Positions 35,468 to 48,228 are shown, counted from the stretch's first letter. The stretch: 64,000 nt of DNA from Octopus sinensis (GCF_006345805.1 NC_043024.1:10168001-10232000); one strand, 5' to 3'. The notes: a model not told the origin generated them from the letters alone. Numbers and translations: made by a program.

Positions 35468-36530
35468 CTTGTTTTATTTATATTCCTGAGCGCCATACTA
35501 ATACAATTGTTTGTTTGTATTCCACCTGCCTTCGTCTTTTGTTTATTTTCATAAAGCTTCCCGTTATATATTATGAATTAATAACTAAAATAATCTAATT
35601 ATTTTTACTCCTGATCGGAATAGCATTTACTGTTTGGCTATTCTTATAATATACACTTGGCTGCCGTGAGGGGATTTAAAATTGACGTATCTTGGATCTA
35701 TGCGTGCAAATATTTGTATGTAGACATGTTAATCTGCTTTGGACGGTATGTACAATTATTTGTATTTATATTTCCTGTGTATTGTGTTGACGAAGGAAAA
35801 AAGCTTGCTTATGGTTTTAATCCAGAAATTGGAACCATTTCACAATTAACGTGAGATCTTTTTAATATTCTTTCACTAGCCCGCTTTCAGCCAAATGTAT
35901 GTTTATCTGGAGTTTTTGGTAGATTTTTTTTTAAAGATATCGGCGCTTCAAGCAAAAAAGAAAAGGAAAGAAAAAAGGAAAAAAGAAGAAGAATATTTAA
36001 TCGTTAGTTAGTTAGGAGCACTCCGTCGGTTACGACGATGAGGGTCCCAGCTGATACGATCAACGGAACAGCTTGTTCGTGAAATTAACGTGCAAGTGGG
36101 TGAGTACTCCATAGACACGTGTACCCTTAACGTAGTTCTCGAGGAGATTCAGCGTGACACAGAGTGTAACAAGGCTGGCCCTTTGAAATACAGGTACAAC
36201 AGAAACAGGAAGAAAGAGTGAGAGAAAGTTGTGGTTAAAGAGTACAGCAGGGTTCACCACCACCCCGTGCAGGAGCCTCGTGAAGCTTTAGGTGTTTTCG
36301 CTCAATAAACACTCACAATGCCCGGTCTGGGAATCGAAACCGCGAGTCCGCTGCCCTAACCACTGGGCCATTGCGCCTCCACATTTAATCGTACACCACC
36401 GTACATATCTCTATGAGATATTTAGAAATTTAATATTTCTGATTTTGGTGATCAGTGAATATACTTCACTGAAAATTAGATATATATATTTACGAAGTCG
36501 AGACAGATATCTGCAGCTAGAAGGCTTCTG

Positions 36531-36587
36531 CTACTCTAGACCGATGATGGGCAAAGACCCTGAAACATGCGTGTCTCTAGATGCAGG
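36531..36587 (+). ncRNA. Hammerhead-like motif, U4C variant
   Basis: TCTAGA-CCGATGA-T-GGG..CCC-T-GAAAC-ATGCGT-GTC|TCTAGA. Confidence 0.5.
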
Positions 36588-36860
36588 CCTAGCTGTTGGG
36601 GGTGTTTGTCTCCCCTTCGTAAATATATAAGGACACAGAAAATGTGTCGGAGCCGACAGGAAGCGTTCGATGCTTCCTAGGGCTAAACAGCGGTGATGTA
36701 ATCCCCTACTGTCACGGTAAATTGACAGTATACAACTATTATATCGCTCCACCACCGTACATATCTCTATGAGATATTTAGAAATTTAATATTTCTAATA
36801 TTTAATCAGTTTTGAGTAAATTCGATGAAATTCTGTCATTTTATTCATTCTTCGTGAGCG

Positions 36861-37280
36861 ATGTTAATAATGTTCTATTATGATTCCATCAGGAATCATA
36901 ATAGAAATATGATTTATATAGAAGGTGGGACATGTGGAGATTCTCATTTGGTGTACGTGGCAGAATGCACGAAACACCACTTGATTTATGTTGGTTGTAC
37001 AACAGAACAATTAAACAAAAGATTTAATAGGCATAGCTATGACGTCAGGAAAAATAACAGTAGTTCAGCAGAACTCACCGAACATTTTGCTTCAAACCGT
37101 AGCGGTTTTGAAAAATACTTGAACGTGCATATTCTTAGAAAATATTCTGAATCTATTACACTTTCAGTACTCAAAATGCATGAGGAGAAATATGTTTGCA
37201 GGTTATTAGCATCATGCCCTCGAGGAATGAATAAAATGACTAGAGAATTTCATCAAATTTACATAAAACTGTTTGATTAA
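36861..37280 (+). mobile_element. Penelope-like element GIY-YIG endonuclease ORF fragment
   Basis: TCGDSHLVYVAEC...IYVGCT..L..RF..H..D...ELTEHF...E..Y...L....P.GMN matches the PLE GIY-YIG pattern. Confidence 0.8.
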
Positions 37281-37439
37281 ATATTCTTATTTTTCCTTTT
37301 CTTTTTCTTTCCTTTTCTTTTTTATTTCCTTTTCTTTTTTTTCTTCTTTTTGCCAGTTGTAAAATTGAACTTTGGAAACTGATGATGTCATTCCATCAAA
37401 GACAACAGCAATAGCTTGAAATAATTGAGTGTGTCTTAC

Positions 37440-37596
37440 CTGGATATGGAAACCGGAACCAGGCTGCCTGCTGGAGATACTTGTAGGTGTTGTCAGTTCG
37501 AGCCTTGTGCCCCCAATGACCTGGCGTGGCTGGGAAAACGTCAGTGATTGTGAAAATGTAACAGAGGAACCAGACCCCACAGACAGCAAGGGCCAC
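37440..37596 (-). CDS. SLC23-like: SLC23-like coding exon 7
   Basis: ttgcag|VALAVCGVWFLCYIFTITDVFP...ARTD...AAWFRFPYP G|gtaaga. Confidence 0.96.
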
Positions 37597-37921
37597 CTGC
37601 AATTAAGAGAAAAAGATAGTTACCTTTACGAATCATATCAACTCGCGAGGTCCGGTTTCCTGGTTTCCGTGGTGTACAAAATTCCCACCTGGACAGGACG
37701 CCGATCCGTCGCAGGATTACTCTTTTACTTGTTTCAGTCATGTGACTGCGGCCATGCTGGAGCACCGCCTTTAGTCGAGCAAATCGACCCCGGGACTTAT
37801 TCTTTGTAAGCCCAGTACTTATTCTATCGGTTTCTTTTGCCGAACCGCTAAATGACGGGGACGTAAACACACCAGCATCGGTTGTCAGCAATGCTAGGGG
37901 GACAAAAATACACTCACATAC

Positions 37922-37964
<43 letters not shown>

Positions 37965-38667
37965 ATATAATACATATATACGACAGGCTTCTTTCAGTTT
38001 CCGTCTACCAAATCCACTCACAAGGCATTGGTCGGCCCGGGGCTATAGCAGAAGACACTTGCCTAAGATGCCACGCAGTGGGACTGAACCCGGAAACATG
38101 TGGTTGGTAAGCAAGCTACTTACCACACAGCCACTCCTGCACCTATTACTCATCTTTTGCCAGCTGAGTGAACTGGAGCAACGTGAAATGAAGAGCGTTG
38201 TTCAAGAAGACAATGCATCGCCCGGTCCAGGAATCGAAACCACAATCTTAAGATCATGAGTTCAGCACCCTAACCACTAAGCCACGCGTCTCCGCAGAGC
38301 GAGTACTGATATAAGACAGAACCTAGAGGACCCACGCATCAAAAACCGTAGCGTGACTTGGGGAAGGGTTGATAGAGGCCCGACCTTGGCGGTACTTTTG
38401 GATCCGCGGTATAGGCCTGTATAGGGAACAGAAAACTCAAGGGGTGCCCCTGATGGCACACACTGTAGCTACATCACAGATGGAGGGCCACATGTAATAG
38501 AGGGCCACATGTAATAGAGGGCCACATGTAATAGAGGGCTACATGTACTGAGGTCAATCTAATTGACTGTCCCTCTCCCCAAAAATTTTGGGGCCTTGTG
38601 CCTAGAGTAGAGAAGAATAGTTACAGAATATAAAATCTACAGAATTACAGAATAATGGAATACTGAC

Positions 38668-38788
38668 CGGGAACATTTTGAAGATATGGAAGTTGATTCT
38701 GGTGCAGCCTTTGTCCTTACTGTATTTTCCGCAAGGAATCGGTATATTTTGCATATACTGGGAAAATATCAGAATCAAAATGACCACT
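38668..38788 (-). CDS. SLC23-like: SLC23-like coding exon 6
   Basis: ttacag|A VVILILIFSQYMQNIPIPCGKYSKDKGCTRINFHIFKMFP|gtcagt. Confidence 0.95.
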
Positions 38789-38933
38789 CTGTAAAGACAG
38801 AAGCAAAAACAAAACTAAACAAATACAAAACTAAAGAAAATAAACAAGTAAAAACGTGCCCTCACGTTGGTGCTCCAGCATGACCGTAGCACAACGACTG
38901 AAGCACGTGGAAAGGACGGAAGTGATAACTTAC

Positions 38934-39115
38934 GTCATAGCAATGTACCACTGACCGGAAGCTCTGTCGGAGGCCGCTTGAAACAACGACAGTCCAATTA
39001 ATGTGATCGTTGGCGCTATCGTCAAAGGACCGATGAGGGGCAGGAAAAACTCTAGTAACCCCGTGAATCCAACCACTATCTGCAAAAGGCTGGCGACCAT
39101 CAGAGAACCTTGAAG
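38934..39115 (-). CDS. SLC23-like: SLC23-like coding exon 5
   Basis: tttcag|LQGSLMVASLLQIVVGFTGLLEFFLPLIGPLTIAPTITLIGLSLFQAASDRASGQWYIAM AC|gtaagt. Confidence 0.97.
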
Positions 39116-39999
39116 CTGAAAATGTAAAACATAAACAGACTCTTTACTCTCTTTTATTTGTTTCAGTCATTTTGACTGCGGCCATGCTGGAGCACCGCCT
39201 TTAATCGAGCAACTCGACCCCGGGACTTATTCTTTTTGTAAGCCCAGTACTTATTCTATCGGTCTCTTTTGCCGAACCGCTAAGTGACGACGACATAAAC
39301 ACACCAGCATCGGTTGTCAAGCAATGCTAGGGGGACAAACACAGACACACAAACACACACACGCATATATATATAGATCTATACGACGGGCTTCTTTCAG
39401 TTTCCATCTACGAAACCCACTCACAAGGCTTTGGTCGGCCAGAGGCTATTGTAGAAGACACTTGTCCAAGGTGCCACGCAGTGGGACTGAACCCGGAACC
39501 ATGTAGTTGGTAAACAAGCTACTTACCACACAGCCACTCCTGTGCTTTACATTTTTTTTACACAATTTTATCGTTCTTTCTTTTACCGAATTTTCCAGCA
39601 AAAAAGCCCCAAAACGGCTAATCGATTTTTTTAATACCAAGACGACTTTTAAATGATTGGAAATTCTCTATGAATTCCAGCAGGATTTGGAATAAAAAAA
39701 GTGACAATGTTTGGATGTTTACACGACATATTTACACTGAATACTACGTCGGCGTGTTGGTCGGAGAATGCGGTGTGTGTGTTTGTGTGTTTGTCCCCCT
39801 AGCATTGCTTGACAACCAATGCTGGTGTGTTGGCGTCCCTGTAACTTAGTGGTTCGGCAAGAGACCGATAGAATAAGTACCATGGTTACAAAAAAAAGAA
39901 TAAGTCCTGGGGTCGATTTGCTCGACTAAAGGCGGTGCTCTAGCATGGCCACAGTCAAACGACTGAAACAAATAAAAGAATAAAAGACATACACATACA

Positions 40000-40035
<36 letters not shown>

Positions 40036-40219
40036 TATCTTATGATAATATATATATATATATATAGTATATATATATAATATATATATATGTATATATT
40101 TATATAATATATGTATATATATATCTATGTATATATATATATATATATAATATATATATATATATTATATATATATATATATTATATATATATATATATA
40201 TATAATATATATATATATT

Positions 40220-41081
40220 GGCAGGGCCAGACTGCTAGGTAGTCGGCCAAATGCTAGAAATAGATCATCAACGATCAACTACAAAGGAATTCTCTAGAGG
40301 AAAAATTCAGCGAACACCAGAACCAAATTTGGCGGGCAGGACAGATGAAACATTTATATAAAAAACAGAATTAAATGCATACCTCGGTTTCGGCCTTTAA
40401 CAAAAGAATTACTTACATAATTCAAATGTCCGTGACTTCATCAGTGCATCGGTCAGTGTAAATGCAAACTGAAAAACTAGCCCCAGCTTTCTGTGCCAAG
40501 ACAGACACGTGCTTAGTTTTACCGATTACATTAAGGATAAAATTTCAAATGTCTTGGTTCTGGCGCGCTAAGAAATTCCTGAAGTGAAGGGCTGCAGTAA
40601 ATAATTCACTGCGGTTAGTGCTTCCAATTAGAGAACGTATTTATTTCAATATTTAAATAATGAGGGAGATAAATTAATATTAATTTTAATATCAATTTAA
40701 AACCAGTAGTCTAGCATACAAAAATCTGAGAAGTCAGAGAAAATTCTAATATATGTGTATATTCAAAGGGCAAGACTGCTAGGTAGTCGGTCGTATGCTA
40801 GAAATAGATCATCAACGATCAAACTACAAATAATTTCCATTATGTCCTTTATATTGTATCAAAATTTCATGCATTTATTTGTAAAGTTAAGGAAATTGTT
40901 AAAAACTGAAACCCATCAGTGACTTTTGGAACACTCTGTGCATAAGCCCGCTAATCTTTCTTTTTCACAACAAATTCCGATACAGTCACACTCTACACAA
41001 TCTGAAGCGTATTTGTAGAAAATTTCATTAAGAAATGTCCATTTTTCTGGAAGTTATACGGCAACAAAGTCTGGCCCTGCC
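40220..41081. mobile_element. Possible TIR-bounded element in a TA tract
   Basis: GGCAGGGCCAGACT (40220-33) and AGTCTGGCCCTGCC (41068-81); internally composite. Confidence 0.45.
40374..40450 (-). ncRNA. Type I hammerhead motif with long helix II insert, sense to SLC23-like pre-mRNA
   Basis: GATGCA-CTGATGA-A-GTC...GGC-C-GAAAC-CGAG-GTA|TGCATT. Confidence 0.6.
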
Positions 41082-41190
41082 AATATACACATATATTAGA
41101 ATTTTCTCTGACTTCTCAGATTTTTTGTATGCTGGACTACTGGTTTTAAATTGATATTAAAATTAATATTAATTTATCTCCCTCATTATT

Positions 41191-41221
<31 letters not shown>

Positions 41222-41534
41222 GAAAAATAGAAACTGGGACAAGAACGTAAAACATTTAGAAGACGATACAAAAAACACGGTCGGGACATTCGAAGCCTTC
41301 AATCTTCAGTCAAGAACCGGATAATCCTAGCAATTTCGGCTGATTAATCTTGAAATCGCTCAGATCCGGCCAGCACCAAAGGAAAACTAAGCTACGAGCA
41401 TTAGATTTCTTGGAAGAAAGATCGAATGTATACGAAACAGGGACAGAAAAACGGACGATGCCACACGAATATAAAATACAAAAAACAGTAATGGTAAAAA
41501 CAGGACAAAAACAGGAAATTATATATATATATAT

Positions 41535-41675
41535 TTGTAAAATAATATGTGACAATTATTCAATAGCCAAGATAAGACTCTGGCCAGATAACCGAAGAGA
41601 TGGTGTTGTGGATTTCCACTTCGGCATCCGAGTTTTATCTTGGCTATTGAATAATTGTCACCTATTATTTTACAG
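41535..41675. repeat. Foldback hairpin, ~45-nt arms with structured centre
   Basis: GTGACAATTATTCAATAGCCAAGATAA / TTATCTTGGCTATTGAATAATTGTCAC. Confidence 0.88.
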
Positions 41676-41718
41676 ATAAATTTCCTCTATTTACATAATA
41701 TTGAGGTCTCTTTCTTTG

Positions 41719-41782
<64 letters not shown>

Positions 41783-41867
41783 GTATACGAAAGCTTTTTG
41801 AATGGATTTGGCAGATGTGGACTGGAATAAGTATAAGATAAAAAACAAATACACAACATTGTATTAC

Positions 41868-41944
41868 TTGTCTCATATTTTTCTGCCAAATTTCTCTGTG
41901 ACCATCACTCCCGATTTCCGGTAGTGTGCTGATGTTCTTGGAAC
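41868..41944 (-). CDS. SLC23-like: SLC23-like coding exon 4
   Basis: ttacag|GT SKNISTLPEIGSDGHREIWQKNMRQ|gtaata; phases 1 and 0 fit the neighbours. Confidence 0.9.
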
Positions 41945-42657
41945 CTGTAAAGCAAGAAAAGGAAAGGAATTGCTGCAGATGTTGATTTTACTGGTGCTTT
42001 TGATGTTGAATTTGCTCTTGTGGTGAAGGGATCGGCAGCAGAAAAGGGCCTTCCTAATTCGGCAGAACTCATCAGGAGATATCTCATGATTTCTGCAGTG
42101 GGCAGAAAGCTCTCAAATGGCTTCTCTGCCTTCTGTCCTCAATTGCTCTGAATAGTTTTAAGTAATTTGAAAGGTTGGTCATGTCAGGAATAGCCTCCAT
42201 TCCTCTTGGTCTGTTTGAATGAATAGTTTCGTCCCTGTGCCTCAACAATTTTCCTTTCCCCTCTCTGTGGATTAATAATATGTTTACGACTTTCCGACTG
42301 AGGTATACTCTCTCTTTTACTCTTTTACTTGTTTCAGTCATTTGACTGCGGCCATGCTGGAACACCGCCTTTAGTCGAGCAAATCGACCCCAGGACTTAT
42401 TCTTTGTAAGTCCAGTACTTACCAGCATCGGTTGTGAAGCAATGCTAGGGGGACAAACACAGACACACAAACACACATACATACATATATATATATATAG
42501 ATGAGAAAGTTGGATTGTGAAAGCACGTGGTTGAATATATAGAAAATAGTAAAAAGTGAAAAAACTACAGAAGGCTTTTTTTAAAGGTTAAAAATATATA
42601 TTGAGTCAATATGTCTGAAGAATTTATAAATTTTTTTTTCTAAATGACATAATTTAG

Positions 42658-42697
42658 AAGAAATGACCGGTTTCGCGTTCAGCTTTTCAAATTTCTT
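42658..42697 (-). ncRNA. Minimal hammerhead motif with U3-A8 core, sense to SLC23-like pre-mRNA
   Basis: AAGAAAT-TTGAAAA-GC TGAAC GC-GAAAC-CG-GTC|ATTTCTT; 7-bp helix I; palindromic ACCGGT. Confidence 0.6.
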
Positions 42698-43009
42698 ACA
42701 TCGTTATGTTATGTTGAGAAGAGTTCTAGATAAGGGGAGGTAATAAGTGATTTCTTCCGAACATTCTTATACAATCCTTATTCAGAGACCTTTTGAGTGG
42801 GACGGGTTACTCGATCAGAAGAAAATTCTAACTGGGCCCCACCCGCAAGGTCATGCGCTGTTTCTCTTGATATCAGATCACCATGTTACGCACATATGGT
42901 TGTGATGCATGTGCCTGGTGTACCCTTATCAGACGGGTAGTCATGATGGATATACTGGGCTTCGTATATTTTACCCCAGTGTCACTTTGATGGCATGCAC
43001 TGCTCTCTC

Positions 43010-43350
43010 ACTCAATAATAATAATAATAATAATAATTATAATAATAATAATAATAATGATGATGATGATGATGGTGATGGTGATGGTGATGATGATGAT
43101 GATGATGATGGTGATGATGATGGTGATAGTGATGGTGATGACGATGGTGATGATGGTGATGATGATGATGATGATGATGATGATCATGATGATGATGGTG
43201 AAGGTGATGATGGTGATGATGATGATGATGATGATGATGATATGGTGATGATGATGATTATGGTGATGGTGATGGTGATGGTGGTGATGATGATGGTGAT
43301 GGTGGTGGCGGTGGAGGTGGTGGTGGTGGTGGTGGTGATGGTGATGGTTG
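43010..43350. repeat. (AAT)n/(GAT)n/(GGT)n trinucleotide low-complexity tract
   Basis: Direct reading. Confidence 0.95.
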
Positions 43351-43650
43351 ATGGTGTGAGCTTGCAGAATCATTAAGATGCTGGACAAAGTGTTTCACAG
43401 CATCTCTTCTGGTTTTACGTCCTGAGTTGAGATTTTGCCGAGGTCGACTTTGCATCACATCACTTCGATGATGTCGATAAAATAAAAAAAAAAAAAGCAT
43501 TTGAGTCTTGGGGTTAATGTAATCGACTAACTCTTCCCCAATTCCCGAAATCTCAGTGTTTGTAACTACTTCTGCTCGTGATCAGAGATGCACATATCGT
43601 CAGCCACTAAGGGACATGCTCAACTGGTTAAGGTCAAACAACTGACAAGC

Positions 43651-44020
43651 AAATCTGTGGTACTGAGCAGAATATTTGCTGTAGCCCATCTTTTATACCA
43701 AGACAAAACAATGTACATGATAACATTTCCAATCAGTTAAGATCAGAAGCCATGAGAGCCACTGCCTGGAACTGCATCAGGGCATAAAGTAAATCTGTGG
43801 TATTGAGCAGAATATTTGCTGTAGCCCATCTTTTATACCAAGACAAAACAATGTACATGATAACACTTCCAATCAGTTAAGATCAGAAGCCACGAGAGCC
43901 ACTGCCTGGAACTGCATCAGGGCATTAAAGTAAATCTGTGGTATTGAGCAGAATATTTGCTGTAGCCCATCTTTTATACCAAAACAAAACAACGTACATG
44001 ATAACACTTCCAATCAGTTA
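43651..44020. repeat. ~140-bp tandem repeat, ~3 units
   Basis: AAATCTGTGGTA(C/T)TGAGCAGAATATTTGCTGTAGCCC at ~43651, 43791 and 43930. Confidence 0.88.
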
Positions 44021-44314
44021 AAAAGAGACGATGAGCGATGGCTAGAAGGATATTGAGTTTAACTTCATAACCAGCTGATCTAGCAAGCGGGGCCTCATAT
44101 CAGTGAGGGGGGCCGGTGCGCATTGATGCCGTCTAGAGGTAGGCCCCGAAACGGCGTGCATTCTCTCCTGATGACCCCATACACTTGCTGGCTTCCGGTA
44201 TACGGAGCTTTTGATTGGTAGCACTTGCATGTGCAAGTTGTGTGCAAGACATATATTAGAAAATAGGAAAAGTAAAAAGAAAAAAGCAAAAAAAGTAAAA
44301 AAAGACTAGCTTAC

Positions 44315-44406
44315 TGTCTAAATAGGGACATGATTCAGGGTTTGATTTCAACATTGTTATGGTTGGTATAAGGAAACTAAAGCTGGCTCCTTGCAAAATT
44401 GGAAGT
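44315..44406 (-). CDS. SLC23-like: SLC23-like coding exon 3
   Basis: tcaacag|A LPILQGASFSFLIPTITMLKSNPESCPYLD A|gtaagc. Confidence 0.95.
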
Positions 44407-45599
44407 CTGTTGAAAGAAGTAATTATAAAATTAATTAGTATTCTTGTTAATTGGAAATGATTTTTTCTTGAAAGTTTTGGCGAAAAGATGAAGGGCAAGG
44501 CCTAAAACCATTTTGTGGGACTTCGAAGACAGGTCGGAGAATGGAGTCAATTAATAAATGAAAATAAAATTATTGATAATTAGTCATGTAGTTAGTAATG
44601 GCTCTGTGGTTGGGTAGTTTAGAAGTCAGCTGCGAAACCAGGGGATAACGGGTTCAGTTCCAATGCATGTCACCTTGGAGATCTTCTCTCATTGTTTTGA
44701 GCCGAAGCTAAACGAAGCCTTGTGAATGTTTGGTCGACGCAAATTGTAGTGGCCTGATGTGTCTATGTATGCTTGATTGTGTGCATATGGACATGGAAGC
44801 ACTCCGTCGGTTACGACGATGAGGGTTCCGGTTGATCCGATCAATGGAACAGCCTGCTCGTGAAATTAACGTGTAAGTGGCTGAGCACTCCACAGACACG
44901 TTACCCTTACGTAGCTCTCGGGGATATTCAGCGTGTGACAGAGAGTGACAAGGCCGGCCCTTTGAAATACAGGTACAACAGAAACAGGAAGTAAGAGTGA
45001 GAGAAGTTGTGGTGAAAGAGTACAGCAGGGATCACCACCATCCCCTGCCGGAGCCTCGTGAACTTTAGGTGTTTTCGCTCAATAAACACTCACAACGCCC
45101 TGTCTGGGAATCGAAACCGTGCTCCTACGACCGCGAGTCCGCTGCCCTAACCACTGGGCCATTGCGCCTCCTGTGTGCATATAATCATCCAGGAACCTCA
45201 AATGGCGAATCCCTGGAATGTTTTACATATCTTCACTGTACAACTAATCAACGGTATATGGAAAATGCAAATCTGTCTGCTCTGTTTTAGTTTGGCAGTA
45301 TTACCAGGGTTCTCTGCAGATCAATTGAAGACGCATCACTCATTGGTTAGAGCACCAGCTCACAGTTATGAGGTAGCGAGTTCGATTCCCAAACCAGGCT
45401 GTGTGTTGTGTTCTTGAGCAAGGCATTTTATTTCACGTTGTTCCTAGCTGTAGAAATGAGCTGCGACGTCACAAATGCCAAGCTGTATCGGCCCCTTTGA
45501 CTTTCCCTTGGATAACACTGGTGGCGTGCGGACGGGAGTCTGGTATACATGGGCGACTGCTGGTATTCCGTAAAACAACCATTACCAGATTTGTGCTTC

Positions 45600-45900
45600 G
45601 GAGCGCAATTTTCCAAGTGCAATCCGATGTTCATTCAAGGGCGAAGAGGGTCTTTATGCAGGTCAGTTTCATGCCCAGTGAATCTACGACAATAGGAAGA
45701 AACAGAAATATATGGCCTGGATGTAAGAGCTGTAGGTTTCTCACTAGATTTCCATAGATGTTCTAATCTTCCCCAGTTGCTTTTGAAAGAAATATTAGCA
45801 TCCACCGAATAGCTGATTTCTTTCAACAATGCACGATTTTTGATCCTTGTCCGGTATAACTATATCCGACTGGTGCTTACACCGAGATGCTCTTTTTATT
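45600..45900 (-). mobile_element. Degenerate restriction-like endonuclease (RLE) LINE fragment
   Basis: HQSDIVIPDKDQKSCIVE...NLVRNLQLLHP, homologous to 48342-48722. Confidence 0.6.
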
Positions 45901-46477
45901 GGAATATTCCACCGATATTCTTATATTTTTAAAAGCATGAAAACATTTTAGTTCTAGTGTATTTTGGGCGTGGCCATCAGAACAATCCTTTCTGCAGAGA
46001 GCATTGTAGATAGCGTCATCAACAATGCAACGTCTCATATGATATTTTATATTAAATACCCAAAGTTATATTAAATTTGCAATATATTATTATTTCGTCA
46101 AAAGTTTGGAACATAAATCTGAAAACAAGAATTTTTATATTAAATACCCAGAATTATATTAAAAGTAAGCAATTTGATCAAGAACTATGTTTTTGATTCT
46201 GCCTATTTTTTCTTCTAGATATTGAACCATTGGGTCGGGTATTAGGGAAGTATATATCTACGTTGTATATATTTGAATCGAATTGTATTTGGACATAACA
46301 ATTTTAATTTTTAAAAGAATGTTCCAAACTCTTGACTACGACCGTAGGACATGTCTTTGAGACTATCTCTTACAAGAATGAAAAGGGCTGTCGAAAGAAA
46401 CAAGGAGAGGGTCAAGGCATTTAAAAAGGGAGAAATCAATAAAAGACTAATACGTACAGGGATTAAATAGAACTTAC

Positions 46478-46635
46478 CTGCATCCAAAAGTGGTCATTAA
46501 AATGGTGGATAAACCGGAAATGAAAAAACATGTTCCCATAAGTTCACTGATAGAAATGACATCGGTAGACATACAAAGAGCGGTGGAAATTATCAAAGGC
46601 TGGGAGAAGTTGGCACCAAAAGCTGTCAGATATTG
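46478..46635 (-). CDS. SLC23-like: SLC23-like coding exon 2
   Basis: ttgcag|QYLTAFGANFSQPLIISTALCMSTDVISISELMGTCFFISGLSTILMTTFGC AG|gtaagt. Confidence 0.96.
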
Positions 46636-47582
46636 CTGCAATGAAGTAAAACCAAATCTGAGTAAGTTCCACCATTATTTTTTTATTTTTTATTTCACCT
46701 AGTTTCAGCTCATGAGCTGTGACCATGCTGGGGCACCGTCATTTATGAGAGAAAGTTGTGGCGAAAGAGTCAGCAGAAGTTCGCCATTACCTTCTGCCGG
46801 ATCCACATGGAGCTTAGGTGTTTCACTCATAAATACACATATCGCCAAGTCTGAGATTTGAACTCGTGATCCCTCAACTGCTCTCTGGACTCCAGCATGA
46901 TATAAAGAAAAATACTGTAGGAGGACATTTACTGACCACTGATAAGGAGTTTGCAACGGTTTTATGTCTATTATATTGGTATAAATGTAAATTTGTAATC
47001 CGGATATAGAAGCTGGAGGTTTCGAAGTAGTTGTCTATAATTATCTTCTGTCTCTTTGATTTTCAAAGAGATATTCCCATCAGTAGGACAGCTGACCTCT
47101 ATGACGGTACATACAAGTAAAAGAGTAAAGAATAAGAGTATACCTCAGTCGGAAAGTCGTAAGCATATTATTAATCCACAGACAGGGAAAGGAAAATTGT
47201 CCGGGCACAGGGACGAAACTATTCATTCAAACAGACCAAATGGAATGGAGGCTATTCCTGACATGACCAACCTTTCAAATTACTTAAAACTATTGAAAGC
47301 AATTGAGGACAGAAGGCAGAGAAGCCATTTGAGAGCTTTCTGCCCACTGCAGAAATCATGAGATATCTCCTGATGAGTTCTGCCGAATTAGGAAGGCCCT
47401 TTTCTGCTGCCGATCCCTTCACCACAAGAGTAAATTCATAAGGACACATGCCAATCCACCTGGAGCAAAGTATAGCTCAACTTGGGTGCTTGGAGAGAAT
47501 GCAACCCCTTAAGTCATGCGCTACAAATGATTACAATGTCTGGGACTAAAAGAAATCTACAAGACATCGAGATTAAAAGGAT

Positions 47583-47808
47583 TTACTCTTTTACTCTTTT
47601 ACTTGTTTCAGTCATTTGACTGCGGCCATGCTGGAGCACCACCTTTAATCGAGCAACTCGACCCCGGGACTTATTCTTTTGTAAGCCCAGTACTTATTCT
47701 ATCGGTATCTTTTGCCAAACCGCTAAGTAACGGGGACATAAACACACCAGCATCGGTTGTTAAGCAATGCTAGGGGGACAAACACAGACACACAAACACA
47801 CACACACG

Positions 47809-47840
<32 letters not shown>

Positions 47841-48018
47841 CATATATACGACGACGGCTTCTTTCAGTTTCCGTCTACCAAATCCACTCACAAGGCTTTG
47901 GTCGGCCCGAGGCTATAGCAGAAGACACTTGCCCAAGTGCCACGCAGTGGGACTGAACCCGGAACCATGTGGTTGGTAAACAAGCTACTTACCACACAGC
48001 CACTCATGCATATATATA

Positions 48019-48068
<50 letters not shown>

Positions 48069-48228
48069 TACGACGGGCTTCTTTCAGTTTCCGTCTACCA
48101 AATCCACTCACAAGACTTTGGTCGGCCCGAGGCTATTGTAGAAGACACTTGCCCAAGGTGCCACGCAGTGGGACTGAACCCGGAACCATGTGGTCGGTAA
48201 ACAAGCTACTTACCACACAGCCACTCCT
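47583..48228 (-). mobile_element. SINE family B with duplicated head half
   Basis: Two copies of ...GGGACTGAACCCGGAACCATGTGG...CACAGCCACTC. Confidence 0.8.

Noticed and set aside
42060-42080. CTGATGA motifs at 42069 (-), 47370 (+) and 44169 (+)
   Set aside because: No downstream helix II/GAAAC/NUH arrangement
42909-43500. Poly-Asp/His/Pro ORFs
   Set aside because: Trinucleotide low-complexity tract in an intron
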